A DNA stretch of 64,000 nucleotides from contig CM097888.1 in NCBI GenBank assembly GCA_044892525.1, positions 71,424,001 to 71,488,000 of the forward strand. Direction: 5' to 3'. Shown piece after piece: positions 10,588 to 24,251 of this stretch (positions are counted from its first letter, which is position 1; the number at the start of each line of letters is the position of its first letter). This DNA comes from Schmidtea polychroa (Eukaryota). The notes beneath the pieces were generated by a model. The model was not told the origin of the DNA, did not search any database, and saw only the letters and a program-made list of their open reading frames with translations. The position numbers were made by a program, and so were the translations under genes.

Positions 10588-12310
10588 CATGGCCCCATTA
10601 ACCATAGGGTTAATTGGGCTACAGCCCAGGGGCGCCATCGATCCGAGGGCGCTAAGAAAACAAGATAGTGAAATTTAATTACTTTTTTTTAATTTAAAAA
10701 AAAGTAATTTTCTTTATATTTAGCGTATCTGTGATTTACGTTAGTAATGTGTTCAATGTTATATTTTTTCTCATCCATATAAACCATGTATTTTTAAATT
10801 TTATTGAAAATGTTGGTCATAAAAGTGAAGAAATGGAAAAATGCGTAATAGGACTCTTAGAAAAATACGGAATTGATTTAGAAGATTAATGCTCAAATAT
10901 GTCAGGAATTTATAGCGGACTTCAGGCACGAATAAAGTTAAAAAATAATTTGGCTATTTATGTACCATGTGCACCCCATTCACTGAATTTAATAGGTGAG
11001 TGTGCTGCAGAAAGTTGTTTGGAAGCCACGAAGTTATTTTTTTTCGTTCAGAGTGTATATAATTTTTTCGCTGCTTCAACTGGGCGTTGGGAAATATTGA
11101 AACGTCGCTTATCTGTGAAATATAAGATGCCAAAATCACTGAGCAGCACTCGATGGTCTGCACGTGCCGAATCCGTTCATGCTTTAGTTCTCGGATATGA
11201 ATATTTTAAGCATGCTCTTAATGATATATTTACAGATTTAACACAGAAATGTTCCACTAGAATTGAAGCAGAAGGTTTGGAAAAGCAGTTCAATTCTCTC
11301 GAAACTGGTTTTATGCTTTCATTTTGGAATGATATTCTGGAAACCATGAATAAAATTAATGTTAGCCTCCAGAAAGTTGAAATCGAAATTGAAACAGTGG
11401 TTAAATTATACACTTCATTGGAAACATATATTGAAGAACGTCGAAATATAGATTCATTTAATTATTACAAAAAGAAAGGAGAAAATCTATCGGGTTGTTT
11501 TGAATTTAAAACTGCAGGAACTGTTAAAAGAAAAAAGCAGTTCGATAAAGGGACATCAGCCGACACACAATGTGATAAAAATAGTAATTTCTGTATAAAT
11601 ATTTTTTATGTAATTATTGATAAACTTTTGGCAGAAATAAAAAAACGGAAATCTGCATATGATCGCATTGCCACTAAATTTGGAATTTTAATGAATTTAA
11701 AACATTTCGACAAAAATATGATACGAGAAAAAGCAACTATTTTATATAAAGAATACCCAGATGATCTTGAAAATGGTCTAATCGAGGAATGTTTACATTT
11801 TAAACTTGTAAATTCAATATCGGATAACTTAGCAGCATTATCTAAATCTGAGCAAATTTTAAGAACAATAATTGAATCGCAAATTGAATGCACTTTTCCG
11901 AAAGTAACAACAGCTCTACGAATATATTTAAGTATCGTCTGTACAAATTGTAGCGGAGAAAGGTCGTTTTCAACTCTCAAGAGAATAAAAAATCATCTAA
12001 GATCATCTTTAGGACAATACAAATTAAATAATTTAAGTATTTTGTCAAAAGAAGCGGATATCCTTGAGAAACTGGATCACAAGAAAATTATAGATATATT
12101 TGCTATAAATAAATGCCGCAAAAGACATATTTAAATTAAAAATTAATATTTAATTCACATATTTATATAAATTTTTTGAATTTTGTTTTGCGTAAATACA
12201 TATTTAAGTTTTGAATTTTTGAAAATAAAATTGAATTTTTATAATAAAAGTATGTAGGGGTGCAAAATTTTATTTAGCCCAGGGCGCTCAAACTTATTAA
12301 TACGGCCATG
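10588..12310 (+). mobile_element. Internally deleted hAT element, Tip100/ZMYM1-like (1723 bp)
   Basis: CATGGCC / GGCCATG termini; perfect 8-bp TSD ATGGCTGA. Confidence 0.92.
10899..12134 (+). pseudogene. N-terminally truncated hAT transposase (411-aa open frame)
   Basis: YVPCAPHSLNL (CxxH), STRWSAR, and SGERSFSTLKRIKNHLRS (hAT dimerisation domain); zinc finger and first catalytic Asp region are absent. Confidence 0.88.
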
Positions 12311-13124
12311 ATGGCTGAATAGGGTGAGGTAAGGTGGGATTGTGATTTTTATATAGAAACGAAGAAAATAAAGATCTTTTAATATAATTTTATTTTGCTT
12401 TATTAGTTTAACATCACTACACGAACCGCCTGCAATGTTTTTTTATCTTCCAAATAGTTTCGGGTATCCCAGCTAGTAATACATAATTAAAGATTTTATA
12501 ATTTAAAATATATACATCCCCGCTCAGAAGAACAAAGTGATGTGCTCTGACTTAAATTAAGTAAAACTATTAAAAACGTTTCATTTATTTTATATTTTAA
12601 ATTTCAAAATTTCTTATTCGAGCGTAAAATTTATTCCTAAAACTCAGATGAAATTTCATTGAAAATTTTTCTTATAGAAATAAATTTGATACCGAAATAA
12701 TGTCTACTGAGAGCAAGCTAATTCACTGGCTAGCATTACATCCAAAATGAACAGAACTTTGTTCTAATTTCTAAAATATTAATTCAACAAATATTCGAAA
12801 TTCCATGACAACAATAACGGTATATTTTATTTAATAAAACAATTTCATATCAAGTGCAATTTGTTTGATATCAATTCAATAAATGTTCAACTGAAAATTT
12901 TCGATTTGTAGTTTGCTTGAAATCTAAATCAAATTAAAGAATTAATAATATATATTTTTGTTAAATAAGAATAGAATTTTATTATTTTTATTTCAAAAAT
13001 TGATTTGGATTGAAAAATTTCGAAAATTCCCATTTAAAGAATAAGGGAATATTCTAACTATAATTATAATTAGCTTGATTTATTAGTACAATAAATCAAA
13101 TAGTTAAATAAATTATTTCATTAA

Positions 13125-13345
13125 CCCTTAAACCACTGAAATAGAATTACGAGGAACCGAAGTTCTCAAAGAAACTGACCGTTACAAGCAAACTATGTGT
13201 TTGATCGTGTTGAAACCTACAAGTTATGGTCGGGAGATTTACAGACGAAAAACGGTCTTACTGGTTGGAACGCGAAAATATTTTGATTTGAATCAAATGT
13301 GGTTTTTATGATGACCGTCTGTGGACGGTTTTAGTGGTTAAAGGG
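13125..13345. mobile_element. piggyBac-like MITE (221 bp)
   Basis: TTAA on both sides; TIR CCCTTAAACCACT / AGTGGTTAAAGGG with 1 mismatch. Confidence 0.8.
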
Positions 13346-14271
13346 TTAATGTTTTTTTAATTCATTATTTATTTTCTACGATGTAAGAAATTATTTTGTT
13401 TTAAAGTATTAATGGCAGAAGGTTGAATATTAAATCATTTCAGTTTTTAACCTTTTCTTCAATTTAGTGCATGAAACAGTGAAGCTCACAAATGTGCATC
13501 TTTGAATCTTTGATTTTTCTTAATAAATTTCAAGTGATGCTAATGATTGTAATGTATCGAAAATATTTTTCATTCTCAAACTTATATCACAGTAAGGAAA
13601 TAAGGTGACAGAAAGTTAACATTTAATGAAGACACGTAACCATGGGATGCTTTGTGGGGGTTTGACCTCCCCTACTATAATAGTAATTTAGAAATACGTA
13701 ACTCACGACGATACAGTTCAGAAATTCAGTATTTTTAAAAATTCAATTATGAATTTATTGCCATTTTCGAACTTTTTACAATAAATCACGTGTAATCCAG
13801 TAGTGGTAAGACATTTCCTAGTATCCAAATGCTAAATTAGAGGTATAAAATACATAAAACAGGCGGACCTCGGAATAGCAATGCTGTTCATAATCCCATA
13901 TGATTATTATGAAACATTGAAAGGCTAACAATTATAATCATTTTTAGATTTATGTTCCTGAAAACATATTTACATTCTTCCTTTTAGTTAGGGACAGCGA
14001 ATGAAGGAGTTATCCACTTCATAAACCTATCATTTGGCGAATGAACGTATTCGTCATTGGATTATTTTTTATGTAGTCTTCACCCCAACAGGAGATTCTA
14101 GTATATATGATCTTTCAAATGACCAAAATTAGTTTTACTTCTTCTACTAGTTTCGTTATTTTCAGAAAAAGTTGTTAAAATATTGTAAAATTCCAAATAA
14201 ATATAATTATTGAACTTAACGAAAATTAAAAGCATTGAATCACTATTTCACATTCTCTCGTCAAATAAAAT

Positions 14272-17200
14272 CTACAAATTATTCTTACTTTTCATTCTCG
14301 TCGAAAAGGAATTCCTAAATTTCATATTGTATATCGCTAGAGAATTTACGCAATATTGTAAACTTCCAGGTAAATAACCAATTAATCCTTGTCTCACTTC
14401 TTGAATTGCCTTGACTATAATCTCTTTTCGACCCAAATCTGCGGTTAGTTTATTCATTGAAACTAATGTTATATTCGATGAAGTTAGATCTGAAGAACTC
14501 TAAAAAGGTTCCTTTAAGTTAACGAAAATAATTACTCAATATTTGAGAAGAAGTTAAAGTGTCAATGTTTATACTGACTCTACGAATATAGCCATTGAGT
14601 AAAGCATTCTGAAGGTCCTGAAATTCGAACAATTTTGGTGAGGAAATGTTAACAATGCATGATCCTAAAGATTGAATTTTCATAAAAACTTTATGTTCAA
14701 CCAAATTTACCAGATTTCATCCGTCTCAAGAATTTTGAATTAATTGACTTAAAATTGTTACAGGACGATTCCAAATGAACAGAAATACAGTCCGATGATT
14801 TCAGAAAATATTCCAAATTGTTAACTCTTGTAATATTTGGATCCTTGCCGTCAAATATCAAATTATTTGAGTCAAAACTGTTAACAGACAGACCATACAG
14901 TTTAGCTTTCCGAGCAACCGAAATTGCAACTGGGTCTTAATGAAAGAAAATTTATATTAACTATGATTAAATTGAATTTCTTCTTTTTTGTAAGCATCTT
15001 TCATTATTTACATTTCTTACACAACTGGTAACTGTAGAGTTGTAAAATTGGAATTATTTTAAAGTTAAATTGAATGGAAACCAAATGAAATAGCAGAAAT
15101 GTAAAGAAAAACTTTAATAGAAACATAATTAAAAAAAAATTTATACTTAAATATGAAAGGCACAATAATGCAAGTTTGTAGAAAATCAATGAATGATTAA
15201 TTCTTTGGATTTTAAGCAAAAAACGATCAGAGAAAGGAGAAATTGTGGCAAACAACAAGATCGAAATTATTTTGTCGGAAAATGCACGAAAAAGTATGAA
15301 AAGTACAAATTTGTTTAAAACACAATATAAATTAATTAATTAATTAATTTTAAAATTAAACTGGTCATTCACAACCAAAAAGGATTTTTTTTCAATTTGT
15401 TCATATTATGATTGAAAGTAAAATATTTAGTGTTTAATTTTTTTAAAGCTTGTCAATTAAATTAATTAATTCATTTAAAATCAAAAATTACATTTAAATC
15501 CATTTTAATTTAAAATTACAATTGTTGTAAAATTAATTTTAATATCAAAATTATAAAAAATAAAGTAAAATCAATTAGAATAAGAAGAGGTAATAAAATA
15601 AATATTAAAGAAAAATAAGATTAGTGTTAATCAATTGTTGTAACCATTGGAAAAATAATAAAAATAAAATAGGAAAAACGAATGACATGCTAAAATAATA
15701 AAGTACAAAATATCAAGGTATACTAAACAAATTTTCACATAAGAAATAAAGGGAGAATGATTCTTTCGGTAACTACACTGTTTGGTATAAGTCCAAGGAT
15801 CTGGAACGAATTTAGGATGTATTCCAAAGTACCATTGTATAATTATTTATAAAATAAGTGTTTGTCAATAAATATTTGCATTACAAAAATAGAAAACAAT
15901 AGAAAACAATAATGAAATCAAGTAAAGAGAATCGCATGGAGCTATTGTGCAAAATGCTATGTTGAAAACGATCAGAGATAATAAATATTTTCAATTCCTG
16001 GCGTTGTTTTAATGAACACCTGACTTGACAGTTTTTTGTTGATATGGAAAGTTGAAAAATTTTTAAAGTACAGTAATAATAAAATTTAATAAATTTTTGG
16101 GAATTAGTGGTTGACATAAAAGACAACCAGACACCCAAGGTATTAAATTAAGTTTAATCTGATTTTTATTAAAACTCGATTTATTTATTACTTTTTACAT
16201 TAAATATGATTTCAAAAATTATTAAAGAGCTTTTAATTGGTTTCAATATTTAATCTTCTATTTATCTTAACATTTTATCTGTTATTTCTCTGTCACTTAT
16301 ATTCATTCTTGCAGACTACAGTTTAATGTGCTTTCTTTTCTAACACAAATTTTATTTTAAAAGAATAAATAAATAAATATATAAATAAATAATTAATATT
16401 TATAATTGCATAAATAAATAATTTTTTTATTTAAAAGTGTATAAAATATATATGATAAATTCCATTAAGAATAATGATGTGTTTGCTTTTTAAAAATTTA
16501 TTAAATTCGTTTTTTTAAATTAAATTAAAACAATTATTTATTTTCTATTATGAACACAATAAATACTCGAATTATCATATAAAAGCTTATAAAAGTTTTC
16601 TCGAAATTCTCAATTATAAGTTTTATAATATTAAATTTTAATTTTCCAATGTTTATTTCTTCTACTCATATTTAATTTAGAGAATTTTGCTGAGTTTCAA
16701 GAATCTATGTGGGAATTTGTAATGATTTACTAATCGAAAAGAAGTGATGTTGGTGTCGTTAAGAAAGTGCAAACATTCGTGCCAAAATGAGTGGAAAGTG
16801 TTAAACTGGCAATTTATTATTCATAAATTTTAAAATATAAAATAATGATAGAATTTTAAATATTTCATATTTTATAACATATATTTTTCATCATTAATTT
16901 ATTATATATATTTCCATAAAAATTTAAAATACCGAGTCCGAATAATCCTATAGTTTTGCTTGCCAAAACGGTAGCAATGTGCGGAATATCAACGAAATCA
17001 GAAATAGTTTTGGAATCGGAGAATGGAATATTAGTAAGAAGACAGAATATGAGAACGAGAGTTATATTTGACATTTCATCAATCGACGAGGGGGGTATCA
17101 CTGACACGGATATACCTAAAATTGAATCATTTTCTTAACAATTAAAACCAAATTTTTACCGAATTCTGAAAACGTGTTAATAGTATCAATAGTTTGGAAA

Positions 17201-18121
17201 TTGTTTCCTAATTTGACAATATGTTTTAATGATGAAAAGCACCACAGTTTTGAAAAAAGTTTAGTAAAATTATTTTCAACAATTATTGCCGAAGGATTCC
17301 AGTTTTCCTAAAAGAATAAAAATTAATATTTATTTAAATATTTTTTTATTTAACTATCTCAAAACTATTTCGTAATCCTTCTTCTTTAACTACATGGATA
17401 TTTGAAAATTCTTCCAATCCATGGAAATTTTGAGTTTCTAATGTTGACAAGATTATTAGGACAGTTGGTCTTTTGTATAAAGATTGAATGTTAGCCATCA
17501 TCATAGAAGTAAACATCATTCCAGAAACTAAAACAAATAAATTTAAACTTCATAATTAAAACAAATAATTTCAATTACTCTGCATGATTTTCATACAGTT
17601 AGTCCAATAAATTTGTGAAATATAAATGTTTTCGTTTTCTAATGATGTATTGCCGATTAGCTTTTGCTTTACCGGGGGTAAATATTCAGATTTATTTTTA
17701 AAAGAATTATTAAAAGAAGTATTTTTAATTTTATTCATTGTTTTAGATGAGTTAATTTGGGATGTATATTTTAAGGATGTTTTTTTCAATATACCAAATT
17801 TTTTCGCCTGCCTAGAAGGAAGGTCAATACGAAGAGGGGGATTCGACTCGGGATCTGCTACAGGAACATCTCCGTCTTGTTTTTCGCCACCCAAAAAATG
17901 TCGACTACAAATACGTAACTAAAGAAAATTCGAATTCTATTTGCATAAGCTAATATAATTACTTGACCAACAATGTTATTTTCCGTCCTACCAATAGCTT
18001 CCAACCATTTACTTCTTAGAATATCGGGCTTTTTAGGAACTCGGTAAAAATGTCGATTATCAACTATTTCTTTATATCGTGCTCGGAATTTACAGTTGGG
18101 AAATCCACAAGTTGTAGGCAT
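14272..18121 (-). CDS. ctbp: THAP-domain/CtBP-like fusion protein, 524 aa; exons 18121-17963, 17918-17579, 17527-17355, 17307-17160, 17115-16933, 14935-14711, 14664-14536, 14489-14272
   Basis: Eight GT-AG exons total 1575 nt in frame; six introns are 44-51 nt and one is about 2 kb. The THAP C2CH domain is completed by splicing (MPTTCGFPNC...W...LRICSRHF). The C-terminal part is colinear with CtBP: RPTV, LKHIVKLG, SDCISVH, QEVRQGLIGYLPGSLQYCVN. Confidence 0.88.
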
Positions 18122-18746
18122 TGTTTTAATAATGTGTGAAAAAATGATAACAAAAACTTGTTGCAGACAAATTCAGATTCCACAATAACTGCAAATGGTT
18201 ATTTATATCAATTATGCGCAACACTTGACCACGATTGGATCCTTCATTTTAAGCTGAACAGAGTCAGCTCTTCAGTGATCACACCCATTTTTTGTGTACT
18301 GTCCACATGTCGCTTCTCAGTGGATGATGTTTCCGATAACTTTGAAGCCGGGCGTTGGACAATCGCATTTAATTATAGCATTATCCCTCTCTTCCCCTTC
18401 GTTTATCAAATGAACACTTTTATGTTGATGCAATTTACAATGACTCTAATAAGATGGGTTGGAATTTTACGTGGCGGAATCAGTGTAATGCATTTATCTT
18501 TTTTCTAAAAATTTCTACATAAACAATGAAATAGCAGTTTTTACTATTATTATTTATTACTATTATTAAAATTTATAATTTATAATAATTATTTTAAAAA
18601 ATAAAAGTTTTAAATTATAGTACTAATACTTTGATTGTAAGTAATATATCTTAATATAAAAATTAATTTAATTAATATTAATAATGAAAGAATGAAAGCA
18701 AATTTTTTATAATAGACAATCGCAAATTAAGTATATTAAAATATAA

Positions 18747-18791
18747 CATTACTATATATTTCGACCGTTTACCAGTCTTCTTCAGACTAAG
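18747..18791 (-). ncRNA. Probable minimal type I hammerhead ribozyme of the Penelope-like element, likely decayed
   Basis: Minus strand reads CUGAAGA-A-GACU(ggtaaac)GGUC-GAAA-UAUA-UA. Core and stem II are intact, stem III is a tiny palindrome as is typical of PLE hammerheads, and stem I is weak. Confidence 0.5.
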
Positions 18792-19976
18792 AATCGTATT
18801 AATGAAAACTAAATGAAAATAAGAATATTCAAAAAAAAGTAATCGTAATAATAATCGTAATCAAAATGTATCAAACTATAAGATATTTTAATAAAATTAA
18901 AAAAAATTTTTAATCATATAAAAATTATTTTAATTTCTAAAAAAGCATAAAATTGTTAAAATTCTCATACAAAACAATTTTGTTTTTTTAAAATTAATAT
19001 AAAAAATAAATTTAATTTAAATTTAAAAATTAAAAATTAAAAATTGTTTTTATACAAAAACTTTAACAAACAATATCAAACAATAACAAACAATATTAAA
19101 TATACAAGTTAAATTATTAAAATACATTCAAAATCCTTGTAGACTGGGACTTTGAATTACTCGTTCCCAGTAATTACTCAAACTCTTCGACAGGATCTTA
19201 AAATCAGAAAATCTTATTTTTTTACTGGTACACTTCCTAAAATGATCACTAATATGGGTCAATCCATTTTGTCGGCAATGCTCAAGACCTCGAGTGCAGA
19301 GATGACGGGTAGTCTCTCCAATGTATGTAGAATTACACCCATTACAGGAAAATTGATACACGAGTCCTGAACATAGACCAACTGGAGTTAGAGACTTATT
19401 AGTAAACATACTACTAACCTTGCAAGACGTTGAAACAATCCTAAATATAGTCTTATCTACATGTTTAAAGGTATTATGCTTGAATTCTCTGAAACCTTCA
19501 GAATAAGGTAATACCAACACATAGATATGATCAGTGTGCTTAGATCTGATTTTTTCACCTTCCTAACTTGACAACATATTAAATTCAACATAAAAAATGT
19601 GCAAGGATCATGAATATTCAACAACGGTCTCTTTTGTCATGCACTCAAGAAAAGATTTAGAATATCCATTTTTAAGAGACAACATAACCAGAGAATCAAT
19701 ACTTTTCACTGAATTGATAAACGTGGATGATAAAGACCATGCACGAAAAACTAATCTTCTTACCATATTTCGCTTGTATTTATATTCACAAAGGCTCTCA
19801 GGAGTAATATAAAAACCAGTATCAGTTGCTTCTCTGTATATTTCAGTCTGATAGTCTTTTCGTTCCATTGAATAAGCAGATCCAAAAACGGTATCATAGA
19901 CATTTTTTCTTCTTCACACGTAAATTTAATATTCATATGCAAATCATTCATATAATCTAAGAAAGGCCTTACATGC

Positions 19977-20404
19977 CAGAGACGTGCACGGGCCAGTAAA
20001 AAAATTACCCGACCCGACCCTGCCCGAAACTGAAATGACCCGATCCGACTCAAACCCAAGTCTTCATAATTTATTATAGTCCGAACCCAATCCGATACGG
20101 CGTTTATAACTCATTCATAAAGACCGTGTTAGACGGAATCATATTTATCAAGAATTCTGTACAAGATTTTCAGGTCCATGATATCGAAATGCTGTCATTT
20201 TTGCTAATTAAGATTAAATTTATGTAAGCAAGAAAATTTGCTCAAGTAAATTTTACTTTAATTCATTCATCATTGGAGCAAATAAAATTATATTAAAAAT
20301 TCATAAAGAAAAAAGTTTGATTATTTAAAAAAAATTAAGCCCGAGCGCAACCCGAACCCGAATGAAATAAAAAAAATATCGACCCGAGCCCGTGCAGTTC
20401 TCAA
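19977..20404. mobile_element. hAT (Ac-like) MITE inserted in the Penelope RT
   Basis: Imperfect TIR AGAGACGTGCACGGGC / GCCCGTGCAGTTCTC and many (A)CCCGA subterminal repeats. It splits the RT just after the YVD motif; no clean TSD. Confidence 0.7.
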
Positions 20405-22439
20405 ACAATCCTCAAACACTAACAAAATTTTATCAACATATCGTTTATACACAGTTGATTTAGATAAATTGTATGATCAAATTTTCTTTTCTGAATGTGA
20501 TATGAAAATAGATGCCATTGTTGGAGCCAAAGGGTAACCCATAGCAACACCATCAACCTGTTTATACCATTCATTGTTAAAAAGAAAATTCACATTCGAC
20601 GCTGCAAATTCAATTAATTTACGAAATGCAATTTCATCAACTTTCTCGTTCGATAACATTATTTTCCACATCTTGCAACATAAATCAATCGTTTCTAATA
20701 GTGGGACATTCGTAAATAAACTACACACATCGAATGAACTGTGCAATTAACTTTGAAAATTCAAAGCTGTCCTTACATTCAAAATCAGAAATCATTAAAG
20801 ATTTTAATAACCCATCCCAAGACTTTGCAATTTTGTATTGAGCAGTTCCTACCATCGACAAGACCGGTCTCATTGGTATACCCATTTTATGTACTTTAGG
20901 TAGTCCATAAATTTTTGCTGTTTGGGGGCCTTTCGGTTGAATAGACTTAGCCGACATCCACATGTTTTTTATCAGATAATTACTTCAACAGTTTTAACAA
21001 AACCAATTCATATTTCGTCGGTGGTAACTTCCCATTAATACGGGTTATCTCCACTTTCATAAACTTCGGAAATAATATAACATTATTTAATTTGCTAATG
21101 TAGACGTCACGATGTAGTTTATCCAACAAGATATTCTGTAACCCTATGGGTATTGGTCGCAAGAGTACTGGTCACACTTATTATTATTATTATTATTGTC
21201 TGACATTTTTATTATCTACAACATCCACAATACGAATCTAACAATGAAAGTCCCTGAAAGAAATGAAAAATTTTATTATAAGTGATAATTTGAAATCAGA
21301 TATTTTTTGTCAGTTTAAAGATATAAATATATGTGCTCCACTAATGACAAAATCTATAGAAATGCTATCTTTGTGGCACATTTTCAAAAAAATGTATAGA
21401 TAGAACTTAAATTTCGCCTTTTCCATATTCAATGTTCTAAAAACATGGAAATGTGTACACATCCTATGCATTCATATATAATTATTAGTAGTATGAAGCC
21501 AGAATTTTGAATTAATTGTAATTGAGTTAATTGTAATTGTAATAAATCTTCACAGTTATTATTCCATGCATAATTTCCACATATCGAAAGTTTACATGCG
21601 TATTTTATTACATGCTGTGTTTGTGTGTTAATATTTGTTTCTATCACTTTATTAATGTCTATATCAAATGTTATTATACACGAAACATTAAAATCTAACA
21701 CACAGTTAATTTTGTGTGTTTTTATAATATAATTTTTTTGATTTTTTTAAATATTATAGATGTTATTATTCCATACAAACAAGTGTATACAACCACAAAA
21801 AAAGGTCACGTAAGCGTGACCAATACATTTTGTGCTTATAACAAATTCATTTTGTAAAAATGATGTAAATGAGAATCTTTGTGATTAAAATAAAGATGTT
21901 GCATGAACTTACTTTTGGATGAAACACATTTTGGCTAATAAATCTTCACAGTTAAACCGTTTCAAAAAATTTCGGTTGAAGTTTGATGAATTATTTGTAT
22001 ACAAAATTGGATTTCGAACAATTTTCTACATTAAATAAAAAAATAACTCCATTATTAAAATATTTTATGAAATTTAATAAGAAAATTCATCTCACCTAAT
22101 CCCTCAAATTCTTCCGTCATTTCTACAACCGATAATTATCTTTTCTATAGCGCCAGATAATCACATATGAAATAAACAATTTTAAAAATACAAGTAGTTG
22201 GATTTTTTGTTTCTAAAGACAAAACGTTCTATGAAGAGGAAATTTACAAAATTGTGTTTCGTTGGGAAAAGGTTGCATATTATGGAAAGGATTTATTAAC
22301 GAGTAAAACTTTATGAAGATTTCTGTCCTTGATTGGTTTTATTCAGATACAAATCCATTTAAACATTATAACAAACAAGGCAGTCATCCACTGTGACTCT
22401 TAAAACTAGGTAAAAAATTATTTTAAAATACTTATTGCC

Positions 22440-22650
22440 ATAAATAGTTTGAAAATGAAAATTCAAAAATATAAAGACAATATGACTGAAATATGCCAAA
22501 CGCATTTCTCAGCACCAAAATGGTCCCGAGCTTTAAAAAATCTGTTTACAACATCTTTGAGAAATAAACCTTACAATGTTTTATTCATGCATAGATTACA
22601 TTAATGCACTATTCGGTCGATGTTGATAAGAACCCAACATTATAGGTCAA
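22440..22650 (-). mobile_element. Possible PIF/Harbinger nuclease remnant
   Basis: Broken frame with KAR....RNAFGIF resembling the SRAR..VENAFGIL motif; heavily decayed. Confidence 0.3.
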
Positions 22651-24044
22651 TGTGTTGAATAAAGATAAAAAGTGAAGATAAACGAAATCATAAATTATTA
22701 ATATAACCTAGAATTTAAATGATTTGAAAGTCTTTCGTGAATGATTCTATTAATTTTAAAATTTACATAAACTTTTATTTTTAAATACTTATTTAACTCT
22801 TATCTAATAATCAACTTTTAATTTCAATAAGTATTTGTCTTATAACAGTTATCAATCATTGCAAATGCAATATTTCAAAAATTCATTTGTTTAAATAATG
22901 TATTAATTATTTCATTTAATTATTTACTTAAATGCCAAATTCGTCAAAGAACTGGTATAAATATTTTTTATATATAAATTTTTCATTTATAAATATTTTA
23001 ATATTATAAATTAACTTATTTTAATATTAACTTAGAAATTAATTAATTGTCTAATAGAAATTTCAACTGTGGGAATAAGATAATTATAATTCTGTGTTAT
23101 CAGCAAAACAATTGACCTTGAATGAGGTGAAATTATCAAGTTGATGAAGATGAAAATCAAAAATGACATTAAAATAATTAAGTGTAATTAATTAAAATTA
23201 TTGGTACAAATTTGTTTTAACAGTCAATTTAGGATAAAGTTTCATTAAAATTCTTTTTGGTTGTAAAATGATTCGTGAATGGAAAAGTGAGGCTGTGAAA
23301 CTCTGTCTGTTATAAAAACAAATTTCAGTTTCACATAAACTCTATGAAGGTGCGCGCGATCTGTCCGTGACTGCACGGAATTCTCGTCTTACATTCAATT
23401 TATTTTTAAATAATTTAATATATAATTTCTAGATACTGTGGACTACAACTGCAAATGTTTTTGTGAGATTATTATTGCTATAAAAGTTAAAAAACACCTT
23501 TGAAATTTTAATAATTTATAAACCATTTTTAATTTAAAGTTTTAGTTTTCGATATAAATGAGCTTATTACACAAGGGATTCATTTTGCAAACGAGAGCCC
23601 CATATGCTTGAACATCCTAGACATCCAACAAAGATACTAATAAAAATTATTTTTACTGAGTTCTTAATATAGATGTGTTTTGAAAAAAGGAAATATTTTT
23701 TTTTGTTTTAATTACATTAGAAGCACTAAAGTAAATTATTTATTTAACCGTTGAAAATTAAAAAAATGTTATTACCCATAGAGGAAGAGGATAGAAGTTA
23801 GAATGATAATAAATAGCAATTAAATTTTAACTTTTACAAAATATATTGGCTTTATTTTTTTTGATAATATGCGAGGTCCTTGGTATTTCAGGATCTTTTA
23901 ATATAATTTATTACAAACTTTTAATTGTATATGTAGCAACGTCTTTTCATTTTCAGTTCATTGTTTATGTTGATTATTTATGAACTGATTACATTTACAA
24001 TTGGCATTGTATTAAAGTTTAAAAATTATTATGAAGTTAGAAAC

Positions 24045-24047
<3 letters not shown>

Positions 24048-24133
<86 letters not shown>
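24048..24133. repeat. (AT)43 microsatellite
   Basis: 86 nt of uninterrupted AT dinucleotide. Confidence 0.97.
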
Positions 24134-24136
<3 letters not shown>

Positions 24137-24251
24137 ATTATTCGAAATATAAAAATTTATCCATATATAAAATTTTTATTTTTACCAAACTAGGAGCGAG
24201 TCCTTTGTTAAAAAATGTATAGCTCACCACTGCTTAGAATCATATTGAGCG

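Larger units (their letters stand above)
18747..21175 (-). mobile_element. Decayed Penelope-like retroelement (RT plus GIY-YIG endonuclease)
   Basis: Fragments in order: IYGLPKVHK..PMRPV, FDVCSLFTNVP, YKQVDGVAMG, RYVD(K), PFLD, then VYQFSCNGCNSTYIGETTRHLCTRGLEH. Multiple frameshifts. Confidence 0.88.

Noticed and set aside
15004-16810. Short open frames inside THAP-CtBP intron 5 (15004-15258, about 16680-16806)
   Set aside because: Phase is incompatible with the 16933 donor, and the CtBP alignment is already colinear without them.
18247-18277. CUGAAGA followed by a GCUGA/UCAGC hairpin on the minus strand (hammerhead-like)
   Set aside because: Followed by UUAAAA rather than GAAA, so the core is incomplete.
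18158-18508. 116-aa plus-strand ORF upstream of THAP-CtBP
   Set aside because: Non-ATG start, no recognisable motif and no splice support; left unassigned.
24031-24222. 63-aa ORF with a YI repeat (also 54560-54754)
   Set aside because: Artefact of (AT)n microsatellites.
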